A stretch of DNA of 64,000 nt, from assembly GCA_012862495.1 (NCBI GenBank), contig BLSG01000411.1:174411-238410 (forward strand), written 5' to 3'. The DNA comes from Thraustochytrium aureum (lineage: Eukaryota). This document shows positions 44,655-57,507 of this stretch, piece by piece (position 1 is the stretch's first letter; each line of letters begins with the position of its first letter). Both the position numbers and the translations under genes were made by a program. The notes under the pieces are model-generated. The model ran no database searches, had not been told where the DNA came from, and saw only the letters and a list, made by a program, of their open reading frames with translations.

Positions 44655-44808
44655 ACGGTCCAACGTGGAGGTGGGGCCTGAGAACAGGTGGGGCCTGAGA
44701 ACGAGTGGGCTGCTTTTGCGGGTATGTAGATTAGTGGTGGCCGCGACGGTCACGACGGCGAGACCTTGATCTTGATCAAAAGAGAAAAAACAATTTATAA
44801 AAAAGCAA

Positions 44809-44891
44809 AGAATACCGCCGATGTCAGCACGGACTGTAGAATACCGCCGATGTCAGCACGGACTGTAGAATACCGCCGATGTCAGCACGGA
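44809..44891. repeat. Tandem repeat, about 2.9 x 29 bp (AGAATACCGCCGATGTCAGCACGGACTGT)
   Basis: Perfect copies without spacers, between convergent gene ends. Confidence 0.92.
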
Positions 44892-44920
44892 AGGACGAGA
44901 CGGCCATCAAGGCAAGGATT

Positions 44921-47644
44921 TCATGCCATGGCCACCACGAGCTCGTGCCCTGGCAGCGCGCCGCCCGCTCCAACGACGCCTGGTCGCGCAGTCCTGCCAT
45001 CCGCGTCAGCACCCCAGCCAGAAATCCACCTCTGAATCCACGCGACCATCTCGGCCTCGGACGGGAGCAGACGAGCCGAGGAACCAATCTCCTTGTTATA
45101 GCGCTCTCTGAGCTCCACGACCGAAATCTCGCTGTTGCCAGACCGCACCGAGGCGTTTCCAGCTTTGGTGTAGTACTGGTTGCTCGAAAGAAGTATGGCC
45201 GTGGGGTCCTCGAACGAGCTCATAAATGTCCCAACGAGCTCGTCGCAGCCGCCCCGGCATCCGCGTATCGCACACGTGTTGTTGTGGAAGACGTGCCGGT
45301 GCCCCGGCTTGAAAAAAGCGACGTTGAAGCAGTTCTGGCCGTCGTATGGCCTAACGAGCACAAGGTTGCCCGCGAAAACCGAGTCGTGGCCCCCGTAGTC
45401 CATCTTGAATCCGTCACCAAGAAAGACGTTGTCCAGGATGTGGTAGAAGGACGACCCGTCGTCGTTGTCCACGCCTTGGCTCGCCCCATAGTTGGCAACG
45501 ACAAGGTTGCGGCGAATCACCGTCGGGGGCGTGTCAAAGCCATACGAACCAGAGGCGTCCCAAAGGAATGGCTGCCGGTCCCACGAGTTGATCGCTCCGT
45601 GGTCGCCGCTCTCGCGGCACGTGTTGAACATAAGGTTGCCTTCGACGAGGTTTCCGCCTCCGAATCCGTCGTTGAAATTCACGGCTGCTCGGGGCAGGTT
45701 GAAAAACGAATTGCCACGAAGCGTGGTCTGGCAGGCCTTGGCTTGAAACCAAGCGCTGCTCTGCTTTTGGTAGATCCCGATTTCGCGCACAACGTTCCCT
45801 TCCACAAGAGTGCCACGCGGCTGGAGGCCCGCACGACCGTCCCACAAGTCCGTGGCCCCCCACGCTGCCATGGCGCTGGCTCCAAGCCAGCTGAACTCGC
45901 ACCTCGAGATCCGCACAGCGCGGGTCCTTCCGTGCAGCAGCACTGCATTGCCATCGAGGCGAGAAAAGGCGACGCGCTCCACGGTCGCGCCCTCCGTACT
46001 TGCAAGGACCAAAGCCGCGCTTTTGTGCAGCGCCCAGTCGCCGCCAGAGGGCACGCCGTGCTTTTCGAGGTGCGTGCGCCGCGCGTCGCGCATGCCGAGG
46101 TCGGAAACGGTTACGTTGTTCGCTCCCTCCACCCTGACCAGGGTTTGCAGCCGGGGAACTACTACGGAGAAGGGCCGCCGCACCCATCGCTCCCCATCAA
46201 CGCCCTCATCAAACACGGGATCGGTGTCATTCAGCAAGAGAAGGATGCGGCCCTCTGCGGCGTCAAAGAAAAACTCCCCGGCCTGGTCGAGCTCCTCGCG
46301 CACGTGCTCCACGTACCACGTCCCGCTCACGAGGCGCGTGTCTTTTGGGCCTGGCTCTGTGCCTTTCCGGCACCAGTTCCCAGCGTAGCCGCACTGATCG
46401 CAACGGCACCAGGACCGGCCGCCCTGGCTCCCGCCGCCTTTGGCGAACTCGAGTCGGTTCAGGGTGCGATTGTGGCCGCGAACCCTCCACGCGTTTGTGA
46501 ACCACGACTGGCCGTGCCAGGCGTGGACAACGGCTCCCGCAGGATCTCCCCAAGAGCGTATGCGCTGCCCGACAGAAGAGTTCACGTAGTACTCGAGCCC
46601 GACGGGAAGCCCGACGGTGCCCGACTTGGCAAACTCCTGGTCGACCTCAGCCCAGCCCCCGGCGGAAGCGTTGCCGCACCAGTACGACTCGCCATAGGAG
46701 GTGTCCCAAACGTCGTCACAGACCCCGCCGCGGCCAGAAGTGAACTGGTTGTACTCCTCCATCGCCGAGTCTTGCTTAGTAAACCCGGTGGGATTGCCCT
46801 CGCGCCGGAGGTCAACGTACGAGAAACGAGGCACCCCACGAGGTTCCGGCTTGGTCCACTCGCGCACCTCTGCAGCGCGCACGCTGACCGTGCCAGACAA
46901 GTGACTTGCATAACCCCACTGGTCGCGCTCGGTGTTGCCGTTTGGCCAGCGCGCCGCCTGGAATCGCACGTGTGGGTCGAGGCCAAACAGGCCGTCGACC
47001 TGCCGAATGTGAGGCGGCACGGGTATAGTCACCATGACAGTGCCGGCAGTCCGTCCAGTGCCGGCTATCGCGCGCTGCGACGGGACGATTAGCTGTTCCC
47101 CGCCGCTGAGCCAAGAGGCGTTGCGCCCGGCACCGCGGATCTGGACGCCGTGGTCTTTCCCTCCGAGCTCGAGAGTCTCCTTCAGAAAGGTGACGCCCGG
47201 TGGGACCAACAGAACCTTGCAGCGTCCGTCTGCGCCCGCCGCCGTAGCGCGCGACGCAGCAAGGGCCTCTCCCACGGTCGCAAAAGCGCCAGAGCCCACC
47301 CGAAAGATCCTGCATGCCTCGCGCGCTCCCTCTGCCCGGCCGAACGTGTGGTCTCGGCTCCGACCGCCGCGCTCGTCGAACAGACGGGGCCCACACATCT
47401 TGTCCAGCTCGAGGGCGTCCAGGAGGTCTCGGGGGTCGTCTGGGACGGCCGGGGCAAACTCGAGCGCCGCTTTCCGCAAGCCGCACTCGAGCACCTGCTC
47501 CTCGACCGCGTCGCCGCCGAGCCCCTGCCCACTGAACCTGCTTCCAAAGTACTGCGTCCCACGATGCGCGCTGCGGGCTTCTCCTGCGAGCGCCGCGAGC
47601 GCCAGCAGCGTCCCCAGCGCGAGTCCCGTCCGTCCCATCCCCAT
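44921..47644 (-). CDS. Secreted right-handed parallel beta-helix protein (GH141/pectin-lyase-like fold)
   Basis: Signal peptide MGMGRTGLALGTLLALAALAGEARS; ARWPN, WYVEHVREELDQAGEFFFD, EIGIYQKQSS, NLPRAAVNFNDGFGGG, RESGDHGAINSWDR and DNDDGSS. Confidence 0.8.
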   Translation of the reverse strand: MGMGRTGLALGTLLALAALAGEARSAHRGTQYFGSRFSGQGLGGDAVEEQVLECGLRKAALEFAPAVPDDPRDLLDALELDKMCGPRLFDERGGRSRDHTFGRAEGAREACRIFRVGSGAFATVGEALAASRATAAGADGRCKVLLVPPGVTFLKETLELGGKDHGVQIRGAGRNASWLSGGEQLIVPSQRAIAGTGRTAGTVMVTIPVPPHIRQVDGLFGLDPHVRFQAARWPNGNTERDQWGYASHLSGTVSVRAAEVREWTKPEPRGVPRFSYVDLRREGNPTGFTKQDSAMEEYNQFTSGRGGVCDDVWDTSYGESYWCGNASAGGWAEVDQEFAKSGTVGLPVGLEYYVNSSVGQRIRSWGDPAGAVVHAWHGQSWFTNAWRVRGHNRTLNRLEFAKGGGSQGGRSWCRCDQCGYAGNWCRKGTEPGPKDTRLVSGTWYVEHVREELDQAGEFFFDAAEGRILLLLNDTDPVFDEGVDGERWVRRPFSVVVPRLQTLVRVEGANNVTVSDLGMRDARRTHLEKHGVPSGGDWALHKSAALVLASTEGATVERVAFSRLDGNAVLLHGRTRAVRISRCEFSWLGASAMAAWGATDLWDGRAGLQPRGTLVEGNVVREIGIYQKQSSAWFQAKACQTTLRGNSFFNLPRAAVNFNDGFGGGNLVEGNLMFNTCRESGDHGAINSWDRQPFLWDASGSYGFDTPPTVIRRNLVVANYGASQGVDNDDGSSFYHILDNVFLGDGFKMDYGGHDSVFAGNLVLVRPYDGQNCFNVAFFKPGHRHVFHNNTCAIRGCRGGCDELVGTFMSSFEDPTAILLSSNQYYTKAGNASVRSGNSEISVVELRERYNKEIGSSARLLPSEAEMVAWIQRWISGWGADADGRTARPGVVGAGGALPGHELVVAMA

Positions 47645-47993
47645 CCTCGCCGAGCGGGCGCGCAGGCCGTGCGGCTCGGGCATCGTCCGCCACGCCGGTC
47701 CGCGCCGGGGAAGAGAAAGGCCGCCAGCTCGACCTCGCGCACTCGCTCGCGTTGCCTTGCGCACTCGTTCGCTGGCGGCCTGCGCGGGCGCGAAAGGGGT
47801 CTGCTGCGGTGCGCGTTCGCAGCTTTTTTCCTCGCTCGAAAAGGGCCTCGACGCGGTCGTCTTGCTGCTCGAGGCCGCGCTGCTGACCGGCAAGGCGCTG
47901 GGCCAGCGCGCCGCGAAGGCTGCTTGCCGGCTCGGGGTGGATTGGTTTTAATTAATGATTGCCGGTGGGCATCGATCGAGGGCGGTCGTCTAT

Positions 47994-50900
47994 CTACTTT
48001 GGGTCTGGCGCCGGGAAGTCGTCCGCGTCCGAGTCGACCTGCTCGACCTGCACTGCCAAGGTCTTGCGGCAGTACTCGGCGATGGCGCGCCCGGTGGAGG
48101 GCGACTTGCAGGCCTTGACGAAGTCGCGGATGGTGTCCGGACGCGACACGACCTGCAAGAGGAACATGAGCGTTTGGTCGGCGGCCGAAGCGACTGCGTC
48201 GACCGTGTCGTGGACGCAGCCGTGCACGAGTGGAACGACCACGACGAGGAGCTCCATCGGGAGCGCTTCGGGGTTGGCCTGCCGCGCAGCCCTGCGCAAA
48301 CCCTTGAGAGCCGCCAGACGGCCGTCTGGGTTCTTGGCATCGAGAAGCGCATCGTTCAAGAGCTTCGGCAGGGCTGTGGCCGCAGCTGGTGCGCCAGCAA
48401 GGAGCTCGCCGGCCGCCGCGACGCAGGATACAATGAGCGGGCCCATCGCCTTGTCCTTGGCCTCCTTGGCGAGGCCTGCAACGATGGCCTTGAACTGCTG
48501 CAGGACAGCAGCGTCGCCGAACACCTGGTCGCGCATGTAATGCGTGGACTGCTCGATGAGTTGAAGGGCGGTTCGCGCTTCGACAAGGTCGGTGGCGGCC
48601 GGCGGAGACCCTGCCAGCGCCGCAGCGCGCCGCGCAAAGTGCGCCTGGAACAGCGCGGGCTTCGCGTCCGCCTCTACGAGGCCCGTGGCCTTGGCAAACA
48701 CCTTAATCGCGATCTCCCGCACGGTGGCGTCGCGGTGAAAGAGAAGCGTGTCGTCGGCGAGACGAGCCACACACTTCTCAACGAGCACAGGCTGCGAGAC
48801 CTTGCGGCCGTTGATACTGAGCACCACATCGAGGGCCAGGAGGGTTGAGCTGCGCACTGCGCCGGGGATGGCGTCCGGGCTGGCGGCCGAGGCGCTGAGG
48901 TCCCCGACGAGCGGATCGACGCGCGCCGACAGATGCATGAGCTTGCCGAGGGCGCTGACTGCGCTGCTGCGCACTCGACTCGTCTCGCTCTGCAGAGATT
49001 TGACGAACGTCGTCTGGAGCTGTGGGAGGAACGGCCGCAGCATTGGGCCGCCCTTGTCGAGCAACTTGGTCAGCGTCTGCAGAATGGCAACCTTGACCCC
49101 GGGCGGGAAGCGGTCGCCCACGATGCGGATGAGCGGCCCCGTGATTTTGATCACGAATGGGCGAAGCGCCGCATCAGAGGTCAGGTCGACGAGCTCGCCG
49201 AGCCCGAGCGCAGCGTTCTCGCGCTGCTCAGGCGAGCCATTCATGAGCGCGTACTGGTACGAGGGGAGGAACGGGTCGAGCCCCTTGGGCAGGCACAGGC
49301 CAGGAAGCACGTAGTTGTCGCGCTCCGGGCCGGGCTTGAGCCGGTACTTTGCTTCAGAGGCCACGCTCTTCAGCATGTTGCGGATAAAGTCGAGGTGCAC
49401 GCAGAGCTCGTCGGCCGGGACCGCCTTGCAAAGCGCGTCCACCGAGTTCCAGGCCTCCTTGAGCAAGGCGCTATCGTCCGCCACCGAGAAGCGCTTGAGC
49501 AGGTCGCGGAGAATGCCGGGCACGAGCTCGCTGTAGTCCTCTTCGCTCGAGCGGCAGAATTCGCCCACCATAACGACAGCGACTCTGCGGTGCGTTGGCT
49601 TGCCCTCCGAGATGACCGTCAGGAGGCTGGGCACGAGCCAACTAATGCCATCGCCCTGGACGTTGGTCAATAGCGAGCACGCGGCCTCCCAGACATGCGC
49701 CGTCTCGTCCGCGTTCTCGCCCCCTGGCGCGCCCCCGCGGTCCGTGAGCTCCTCAATCAAAACCGGTTGGATGCGGTCGACGTAGTAGTGGAGCACAGGG
49801 CCGACGGTGTCGCAAACCGCGCCGAGGGCCTTGGCCCTGAACGGGTCCAGAGGGCGAACCAAGAGCTTGGGCAGGAGCAAAGGCATCACCTCGCGGCTTC
49901 GGAGGGAGAGAATCTTGGTGAGCCCCTCGAGAGCGCGCTCGGAGGCTTCCCCGCCCGTCTCGAGGGAGCTCAGCAGATTTGGGACGATGCCGTTCACCAC
50001 CGCCGCGCCGACCTGCCGGTACAGCGCGCCAAAGGCGTCCGCACCAGCGCTCTGGACCTCGTCGTTCGAGTCGCAAAGCGCAGCCTGAACGGTGCCGATC
50101 AGCTTGGACACGTAGTTCTCCAGCTGCCTCTTGCTCGCGGCACAAATGATGGCCACGAGGCCAAGCGAAACGCCGGCGCGCTCCTCCTCGCTCTCGCTGC
50201 ACAGCCCCTCTTGAATGATAGGCACAATGTCGGGCAAAACGCGGATCGCCCAGCTTCTTGACGATGTCGCCGAGGCAGCGCGCCGCGACCTGGCGGTTCT
50301 GCTCCTCTTCCCCAGAGAGCCCGTCGATGATCTTGCGCATGAGAGGCTTGAGGATCTCGCGCAGAGCGCGGCCGGTGTTGGGGATCAGATTCTTCCACAC
50401 GTTCACGGCGCTCTGGCGCACCACCGCCGAGAGGTCGCTGCGCATCAGGTACAGCGAAGCAAGCACCTCCTGGCGCTTGTCGTTCCCGAGCGCTTTGCTG
50501 AGCGCGTCCGCAAAGGTCTCGTCCACTGCGGCCGCCATGCGCCTCGGCTTGGCCCTCGCGCCGGTTTCGATGCCATCGTTTTGGCGGTTGGACGCCGCCG
50601 GCTCGCCGTCGCTGTCCGCATCGTCGTCGGCGTCGTCCTCGTCGTCAGCCAAGTTGAACGCCGCCCGGGCCTCGGCGGCGGCGCGAGCCGCGAAGACGGC
50701 GTCGGCGGCGCCGCCCACGCGATACAGCAGATCGCCGAGCAAGTGGACCGAGCTCTGGCGAATGCGCCAGCGCTCGTCCGTGAGGCCGCGCTCAAGCACG
50801 GGGAGGAGCATCGGCGTGTGCTCGATGGCATGCTGCTCCACCACTACCTGGCCGGCGCGCATCGCCACGTCGCGCACGAATTCAGACTCGTCCGAGAGGC

Positions 50901-53900
50901 CTCTGATGATGATCGGTAGCTCGCGCTCCACGTACTCGACGTTGCGGCTGAGCCCGAGGCACGGCGGCAAGAAAACGAGCACCCAGACGCACCCTTCGCG
51001 GACCGCTGGGGAGGAGTGCGCCGCGAGGGCGAATACATTCTCTTTCACCACGCGGTCGGTGAATTCTGGGCCGAGAGCGACAATCACTTCGACCAGGCCC
51101 TGCGCGCCACCGCTTCGCTCGACAGGGGACGTGTTGCCGCGCGACGTTTCGAGCAACCACTGCAAAAGGTCGGGAAAGTCGGGCAAATCCTCGCCCAGTC
51201 CGCGCGTCAGCGTTCCGAAAGCCTTGGCGGCGGTGGACCGGACGCCGGGAATCGGGTCCACGAGAACTTTCCGGAGCACTGGCATAAGGTCCTTGAGGTA
51301 AGGCAAGATGGCCTTGGGGTCGGAGATCATCGAGCACATGTTGCCTACAATGAGGGCTGCCTTCTTCTTGGTGTCTGTGACGCGCTCGTTCAAGCCACGG
51401 TCGAGAACAGGGACGATAAGCGCGAGGGACGGCGCGTCCACCATGTGAACGAAGCGCGTGCGATGCAGCGCGTTGACACAGCGCGACGTCTTGGTGTCGG
51501 GGTGCATGAGGGCGCGCTTCAAGGTGGGGACGAGCGCCTGGATCTCTGGGTTCTGGATCACGCTGCCAATCTCCTTGAGCGCCTTGCCGCCAGCGGCCCG
51601 CACCTTGACGTGCGTGTCGGTGAAGGACTGTGTCAGCACCGGCACGACCTGCGGCAGGCAGCTGGCGAGCTGCTTTCGAGCGCAAAACGCCATCGAGCCC
51701 AGCATGCGGATGGCCGCCACTTTGGTACGCCACGCCGGGTCCTGGATCGCCTCGAGCAGCGAAGGCATCACGAGCTTGACGCCGTGGCCACTGAGCTTGC
51801 TCATCAGAGCGCGGGACACGTCCTGCGCGGCGACCCGAACGGTGCGCTTGCTGTCCGAAAAGCACTGCAAGAGGGCTGGTAGCACTCCGATTACGTACGG
51901 CTCAAACAGCATGCCCAGCGTTGTGCACAACGACTCCAGCACAAGCAATGCGCCTTCACGGGATTCGACGGAGAGCGCTTTGGTACCCGCCTCGATGCGG
52001 GGCACGACCTTGTTCTTCTTCAGCACGGTGATGCCGAGACCTTTGACCACTGCGGCGACGCCCAAAGCCGCTCCGCGGCGCTCGCCAAACGACGTTGCGA
52101 CGGCTGGGTCGCACGGCGCAAAGGTGTCCTCGTCGTCCTCGTCAGTGGCGAGCGTCATAAGCGTGGCCCGCGTCATTACGCGGTCGAGAATCTCGGAGCC
52201 GTTCGCCTTTACCTGCGATGCCTTCATCAGCGGCGGGAGGCACCTCGTCGCTGCTAGTTGCACGGCTTCGCTCGGCGTGCGCAGAGCTTCGATGAGGTTG
52301 TCGACCACGCGCGGGATTCGCTCGTCCTCGCGGGACAGGAACGAGGCCAGCGAGCCGGTCAAGATCACCGCGCCTTCGCGCTGCCAGTCGCCTTGCATCT
52401 CCTCGGAGGCTCCAAGCCGCGAGGGTGCCTTGGCGGACCCGTTCGTAGATGACATGAACGGCTCGAGCATGGGGAGGAGCTTGTCTGTCATGGTCTGACC
52501 GTACGACTTGACGAGCTGGACGCCCGCCTCCAAAAAGGTCCCGCGCACAGCTGGGTGTTCGTCGCGGAGCCCGTCGGCGCAAATGAACGAGAAGGCCTCG
52601 AGCACTTGCGCTGGGTCAAAGACGCCCCCTTCGCCGTCTGCGTCTGCGCAGGCGAGAAGCGCTAGCGCGACGCCGTGGCGGGGCCAGCTTGCGCGCTCCC
52701 TGCGCAGCAATTTCTTGCGCTCTGCGTCTCGGTCGATAAACATGGGCTTCGCAGCTGCCATGGTCATGTCCTCCTTCTGCGCTTGGTCGAGCGCCTGCCG
52801 GTACGTAGCGACGAGCGCAGCGAGCGCGTCGGCTCCGACGTCCGGATGCTCGCCCACACCAGACGCGATCGCGCGGCCAGCCTGCAGCCGGACATGCGCG
52901 TGCGCGTGCGAGAGCAGCGCGATAAACGAAGGCACGAACTCGACAGGAAGGGGCTCGTTGGTCAAATCGAGCAGGCCCTTCGCCGCAGCGCTGGCTTTCT
53001 CATCGCTGTCGGAAGCGGCGAGCCACATGCGAATTGCAAGCTGTGGGAACGCGCTCGTCCGCAGCTCGACGCGAGTAGCCGCGGTCAGAGCCATGATGAC
53101 CGCCTCGCGTACGGCGGGGGATTCGGAAAGGAGCCCAACGTTGCCCAGAAGCACGTCTAGAATGTCGGCGCTAGTGAGCGGCGGCGGGCAGCCGCACAAG
53201 GCCTCCAAAACACTCGCAGGGCGAGGGGCGGCCTCGGGGACCAGCGCACACGACCCAAGCGCGGCGCGGACGGCGCCGAGCCGCGTGTCCTCGTGCGAGG
53301 CAAGCGACTGCGCGTGAAGCATCATCATCTCGAGGGCGCGCTCCACGGACTCTACCGGGCTTTCGCAAGCCTGACTAAAGTCGAGCCCATTGAGGGCCCC
53401 CGAGGCCTCTGGGCCGGCGGCGGCGCCGGGCGCGAGCGGCGGCGCTGCGGGGTCTGCCGTAGGCTCGGCCTCGTCGCCGCCAGCGTCGCCAGACTTTTTG
53501 GAGGATTTTTTCTCCTTCTTGTCCTTCTTGGGCTTGTCTTTGTCTTTCTTGGGGGCCTTGTCCTTCTTGGCTTTTTTAGCCTTCTTCTCGTCTTCGGCCG
53601 CGGCGGCTTCTTCGTCCTCGTCCTCCTCGTCCTCTTCATCCTCCTCGTCTTCGCCGCGGGCCCAGAGTAGCACGAGCTCGGGCACGTTGGAGGTGCCAAC
53701 CAGCAACTCGCGGAGCAAAGGAAACAGAAGCTGCAGCGTCTCGCTCGGGAGCTGTGTGTGATGCGAACCCTCAAGCCCGCAAACGTTGCGATGCAGCGCG
53801 CGGCACGCATGCCCGAGAACGAGCAGCGTTGACGGCGAGCAATCCCCGCGCAGCGCGGCCTGCATCGCGCTGGCCAAGAATCCCTTGGCGTCGCCGACCT

Positions 53901-56900
53901 TGGCGAGAGGGCTGCTGGCAATGAGCGCTGCGAGAACGGAAACCATGCGCTCTGCCACGAGAGGCGCGTTCACCACCGAGGTGCAGAGCGGGCCAATTTG
54001 CGGCAAGCTCTCGTGGAGCGTCGCGCGAGCTTGCGGCGAGTAGGCACTGATGGTCTCGAGCAAATCTGCGGCGCGGAAAGCGGCCGCTCGCAGCCCACGC
54101 AGGCGATCGCGGAGCGCGTCCTCTTCCTCGATTTGCTTGGTGACGGCCTTTTCCCCGTACAGCTCAAGCGGCGTCTCAGCGGCCGGCTCTGCGCTGGCAC
54201 CCTGCTCAGCCAACTTTTTCGCCTCCAGCTCCGCGCGAACCTGTCGCTCCCACTCGTCGTCCTTGCTCGAGTACATGCTCTTGGCAGCGAGCCCACCGGC
54301 GGTCTTGGTGCCGCGCCCCGTCTTTTGCTTGGCGGCCTTTTCGCCCGCAGCGACCTCGAGGGCGGCGAGTCCGACGGCGGAAAGCTCACCGTCACCTGCT
54401 TCGAGCACGACACAGTCGTCGGCAGTCACGGCGCACAGCGACTCTGTGTCAAGGCAAGCCTCGAGAGCCTGCACGACGCCAGGAACCGCCGACAAGCCGC
54501 GCGTCGAGGCGTGAGCGAGCCACGCGACCGCGTTGCGCGCCGCTACGACCATAGAATCGAGCGTGTTGCCCGGCGCAGAAAAGCAGAGCTCGTCCACGAG
54601 GAGCGCCTGGGCGTCACGCGCCGCAGAGCCGCACAGCAAGCGATCGGAAAGGTTCGACTCGCCTGCTCGAGCATAGGCCGCCTCCACTGCGGGCCAGAAA
54701 CAAGAGCCCAGTCGCGGGTGGTGGCTCAGCAGCAAAAGCCGCGGCAGCAAGGCGTCGACCGGGCACTCTTGCGCCAAGAGTCGGATGACGGCGCGCAGCC
54801 CAGCAGCGAGGCCGCCGTCTTGGCCCCCGGGGACAAACGCCTCGGGGGTTCGAAAGCGGGAAAGAAAGGTTTGCACCGCAGCAGCCACCGCCACAGCAGC
54901 GGCTTGCCCATTGGCAGCGATCGCGGCGCGCAGGGCGCGCAGCGCGGAGGCACGCACGTTGTGGTGAGGGCTCAGCGCGAGCGTGGCAAGCGCCATACTC
55001 GCCGCAGGTGCAGGCGGTGCGGCGGCGCGGGCCGCGGGCGCCACGGCGGTCGCGGCAAGCTCAAACGCGCGGCAGAGGGCGAGCTGGGCTTCTTGATGCT
55101 CTGTGAGTCCTACGACGTCCAGGAACCAGGGCGCTTTGCGAGACAGCGCAGGCGGGGGCGGGGCTCGCTGTTCAAGGTCGGCATCGTCGTTGGTGCCAGA
55201 TATGATGACCGCAACGCTGTGCCCAGGGCGCTGCTCGGGCGAGGCGTTCGCGACGCGGGCCACCTTGGCAACGAGCGAGCTCCAAACCTTCTTCGAGGAG
55301 GACAGGAGCCCGAAAAGCGAGAGGTCCGTGCGCGCCTCGTGCGCTACGAGCTTGGCCGCAAACGCCTCACTTGCGGTGGCCATGCCGACGAGCGCGGCGA
55401 GCGCCTCCGCCACGGCCGCGTGGTGCTGCTTGAGCGCAGCAGCGTTTGCGGCGATCCCTTCGCCGGCGAAAACGGTGTCAAAGAGTGCGCCGAGAACCCC
55501 TTCTCCGCTGCTTCGCATGGCCGCAGACGAGGCACCGGAGCTCGACAGAGCGGGGCCCGGATCCGCCGCCGGCGCCGCCGCCTTGGCCTTGGTTTTGGTT
55601 CCGCTCGGCTTTTTGGGCTTTTTGCCCCCCCCGGTGAGGGAAAGCATCTCAGCTTCAAGCGAGTCGAGATTGCCACCCGCCGGCTTCTTCTTCTTCGCGT
55701 CGGGGGCCTTGGTCTTCGACGCAGCAGCGGCCGCGCTGTCCTTCTTGTCAGCGGCAGCTGCGGAGGGCCCTGGAGCGGCGGACGCGCCCGTGGCATCCGC
55801 AACGCAAATCTCATGCTGCCTTGGAGCCCCAGACTTGCTCAGCGCCGCCGCAGCCAATTGCCGCCTGACACCGATAGGGCCCGCTGTGCAGAGCACAGAC
55901 AGGCCGCGGATGTACTCTCGAGCTACCGGGCCTTGGAGGAGGACGCCATCCACAAGCGCCTCAGCGATGTGCTGATCAAGTTCCTGTTCGCTGTGCATGC
56001 CCGCACTAATCCAGCGCGCGGCAGCGAGCAGAGCTTTGCCGCGAACAGGCGCTGTCGCTTCTGACCGCGCGTGCGCGCAGAGAACGTCGACCGCCTGTCC
56101 GGTTACCATGGCCGCTTCGTCCGCGTCATGAAGCGGGGCGCGGGCGGCGGGCTCGGGTCCAGCCTCAACGCAGATCGAGAGGGCGCCGATCGCCTCCACG
56201 ACGGAGGCGCGCTGGAAGGCCTGGGCCACGCCCTGCTTGCCGAGAGGGCCGGTCCCCGCCAGCATGGTCTGGAGCTCGTGCAGTACTGTGAGGGCCGAGG
56301 TGGTGCTCCCAACGCGGCGCGCGACCGCGCCAGCGAGGTTGACGGCCTGCTCTCGCGTCGCGTCGGACGTGCTCGCCAGGCTTTTGCAGAGCGGGGCGAG
56401 GAAGAACGGCGCGTCGCCGAGTGCTCCGACGTCCAAGTTTGCGCAAGCCGCGAAAACGGCGACAACGGCTTGCATCTTGGCCTCGGCGCGCAAGTTGAGC
56501 GCGGCCTCGAGCTTCGGCACGATCACCTCTACCACTACCGTTTCTGGGAGCTTGGCCAGCGCCGGAGCGGTCGCCTGGACGAGGCGCGGGTCCGCCGTCC
56601 CTCGGCTCTCGAGGGCGCAGGTCACAACCTTGATCGCGATCTTTGAGCAAACCTCCACGTCGCCGAGCTGGGCGGCGGCCTGGCAGAGCACGAGCGCGGG
56701 TTCAGCGCCAAAGGCCTCCACTCTGCGTCGGAGAGGGCCTCAAAGGCGGCTGCATACTTGGCGAGGCGCTCGGCGCTCTCGACGTGCAACGCCGAGCGCA
56801 CGCGGCGCGCTGGCTTGCGCGAGATGGTCCCGTTGGCAGCCGCCTCCATGAGCTTGAACTGCGTGACGGCGACGCCATGGATTTGCTCGACTGACTGGGC

Positions 56901-57305
56901 GCTCGCTTCTGACAGGCGCAGCAGGCCCAGGGCCGTGCTTGCTGGCAGCGCTCGCACGCGGAGGTCAGCCTTGCCGAGTGCCTCGGCGACAAACGGTTGC
57001 AACGCCGGCCACCGCGCAACGAACGGGAGCGCGGCCCGCTTGAGCAGCGTGCTGCCATCTCCGCCCACGAAGAGCACCACCAGGAGCCTCCCGACCTTGC
57101 GCAAGTGCGTCTCGTCCGCGGCGGGGTCGCTGGCCAGCGCGTCGAGTGCGGCCACCAGAGCGCTCCTCGCCGCCTTGCCCTCTGCAGCGGACCCGCCTCC
57201 CGGTGCGGCAGCGCACACCGCCCGCAGCGCATTCACGGCCTCCGCCGCGTTGCCGGCCATGGCCGCATGCGCAGCGGCCCCGCCCTCCTCGCCCAGCGCG
57301 CCCAT
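47994..57305 (-). CDS. GCN1: eIF2-alpha kinase activator GCN1 (HEAT repeats); split by frameshifts near 56721 and 50243
   Basis: ALRTPSEAVQ, FEPYVI, LSGHGVKLVMPSLL, WRTK, IQNPEIQALVP, DAPSLALIVP, ERSGGAQGL, WRIRQSSVHLLGDLLY, KITGPLIRIVGDR and LPQLQTTFVK across three overlapping ORFs, about 3100 aa when joined. Confidence 0.93.
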
Positions 57306-57476
57306 CTCGCCCGCGCGCCGTCCACCCGTCTCCCCTCGCGGTCCGTGTCGCGCTCTCACGGAGCGTGCGTGCTTCCTGGCTCGACCAACCTAGCGAGCTC
57401 GAGCGAGCCTTCTGCTCTGGCAGCGCGCTTTCTCCCAGCCAGCGCGCTCCCTTCCTCTCCAGCGTGCTCCCTGGCG

Positions 57477-57507
<31 letters not shown>

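Noticed and set aside
44809..44891. 29-bp repeats as a CRISPR array
   Set aside because: The units are contiguous with no spacers, there are no cas genes and the context is eukaryotic.
44879..47092. 737-aa plus-strand ORF, and other long antisense ORFs (53998-56064, 58582-60396, 60510-62372, 33330-34874)
   Set aside because: These are shadow frames of real genes, expected in GC-rich DNA, and carry no recognisable motifs.
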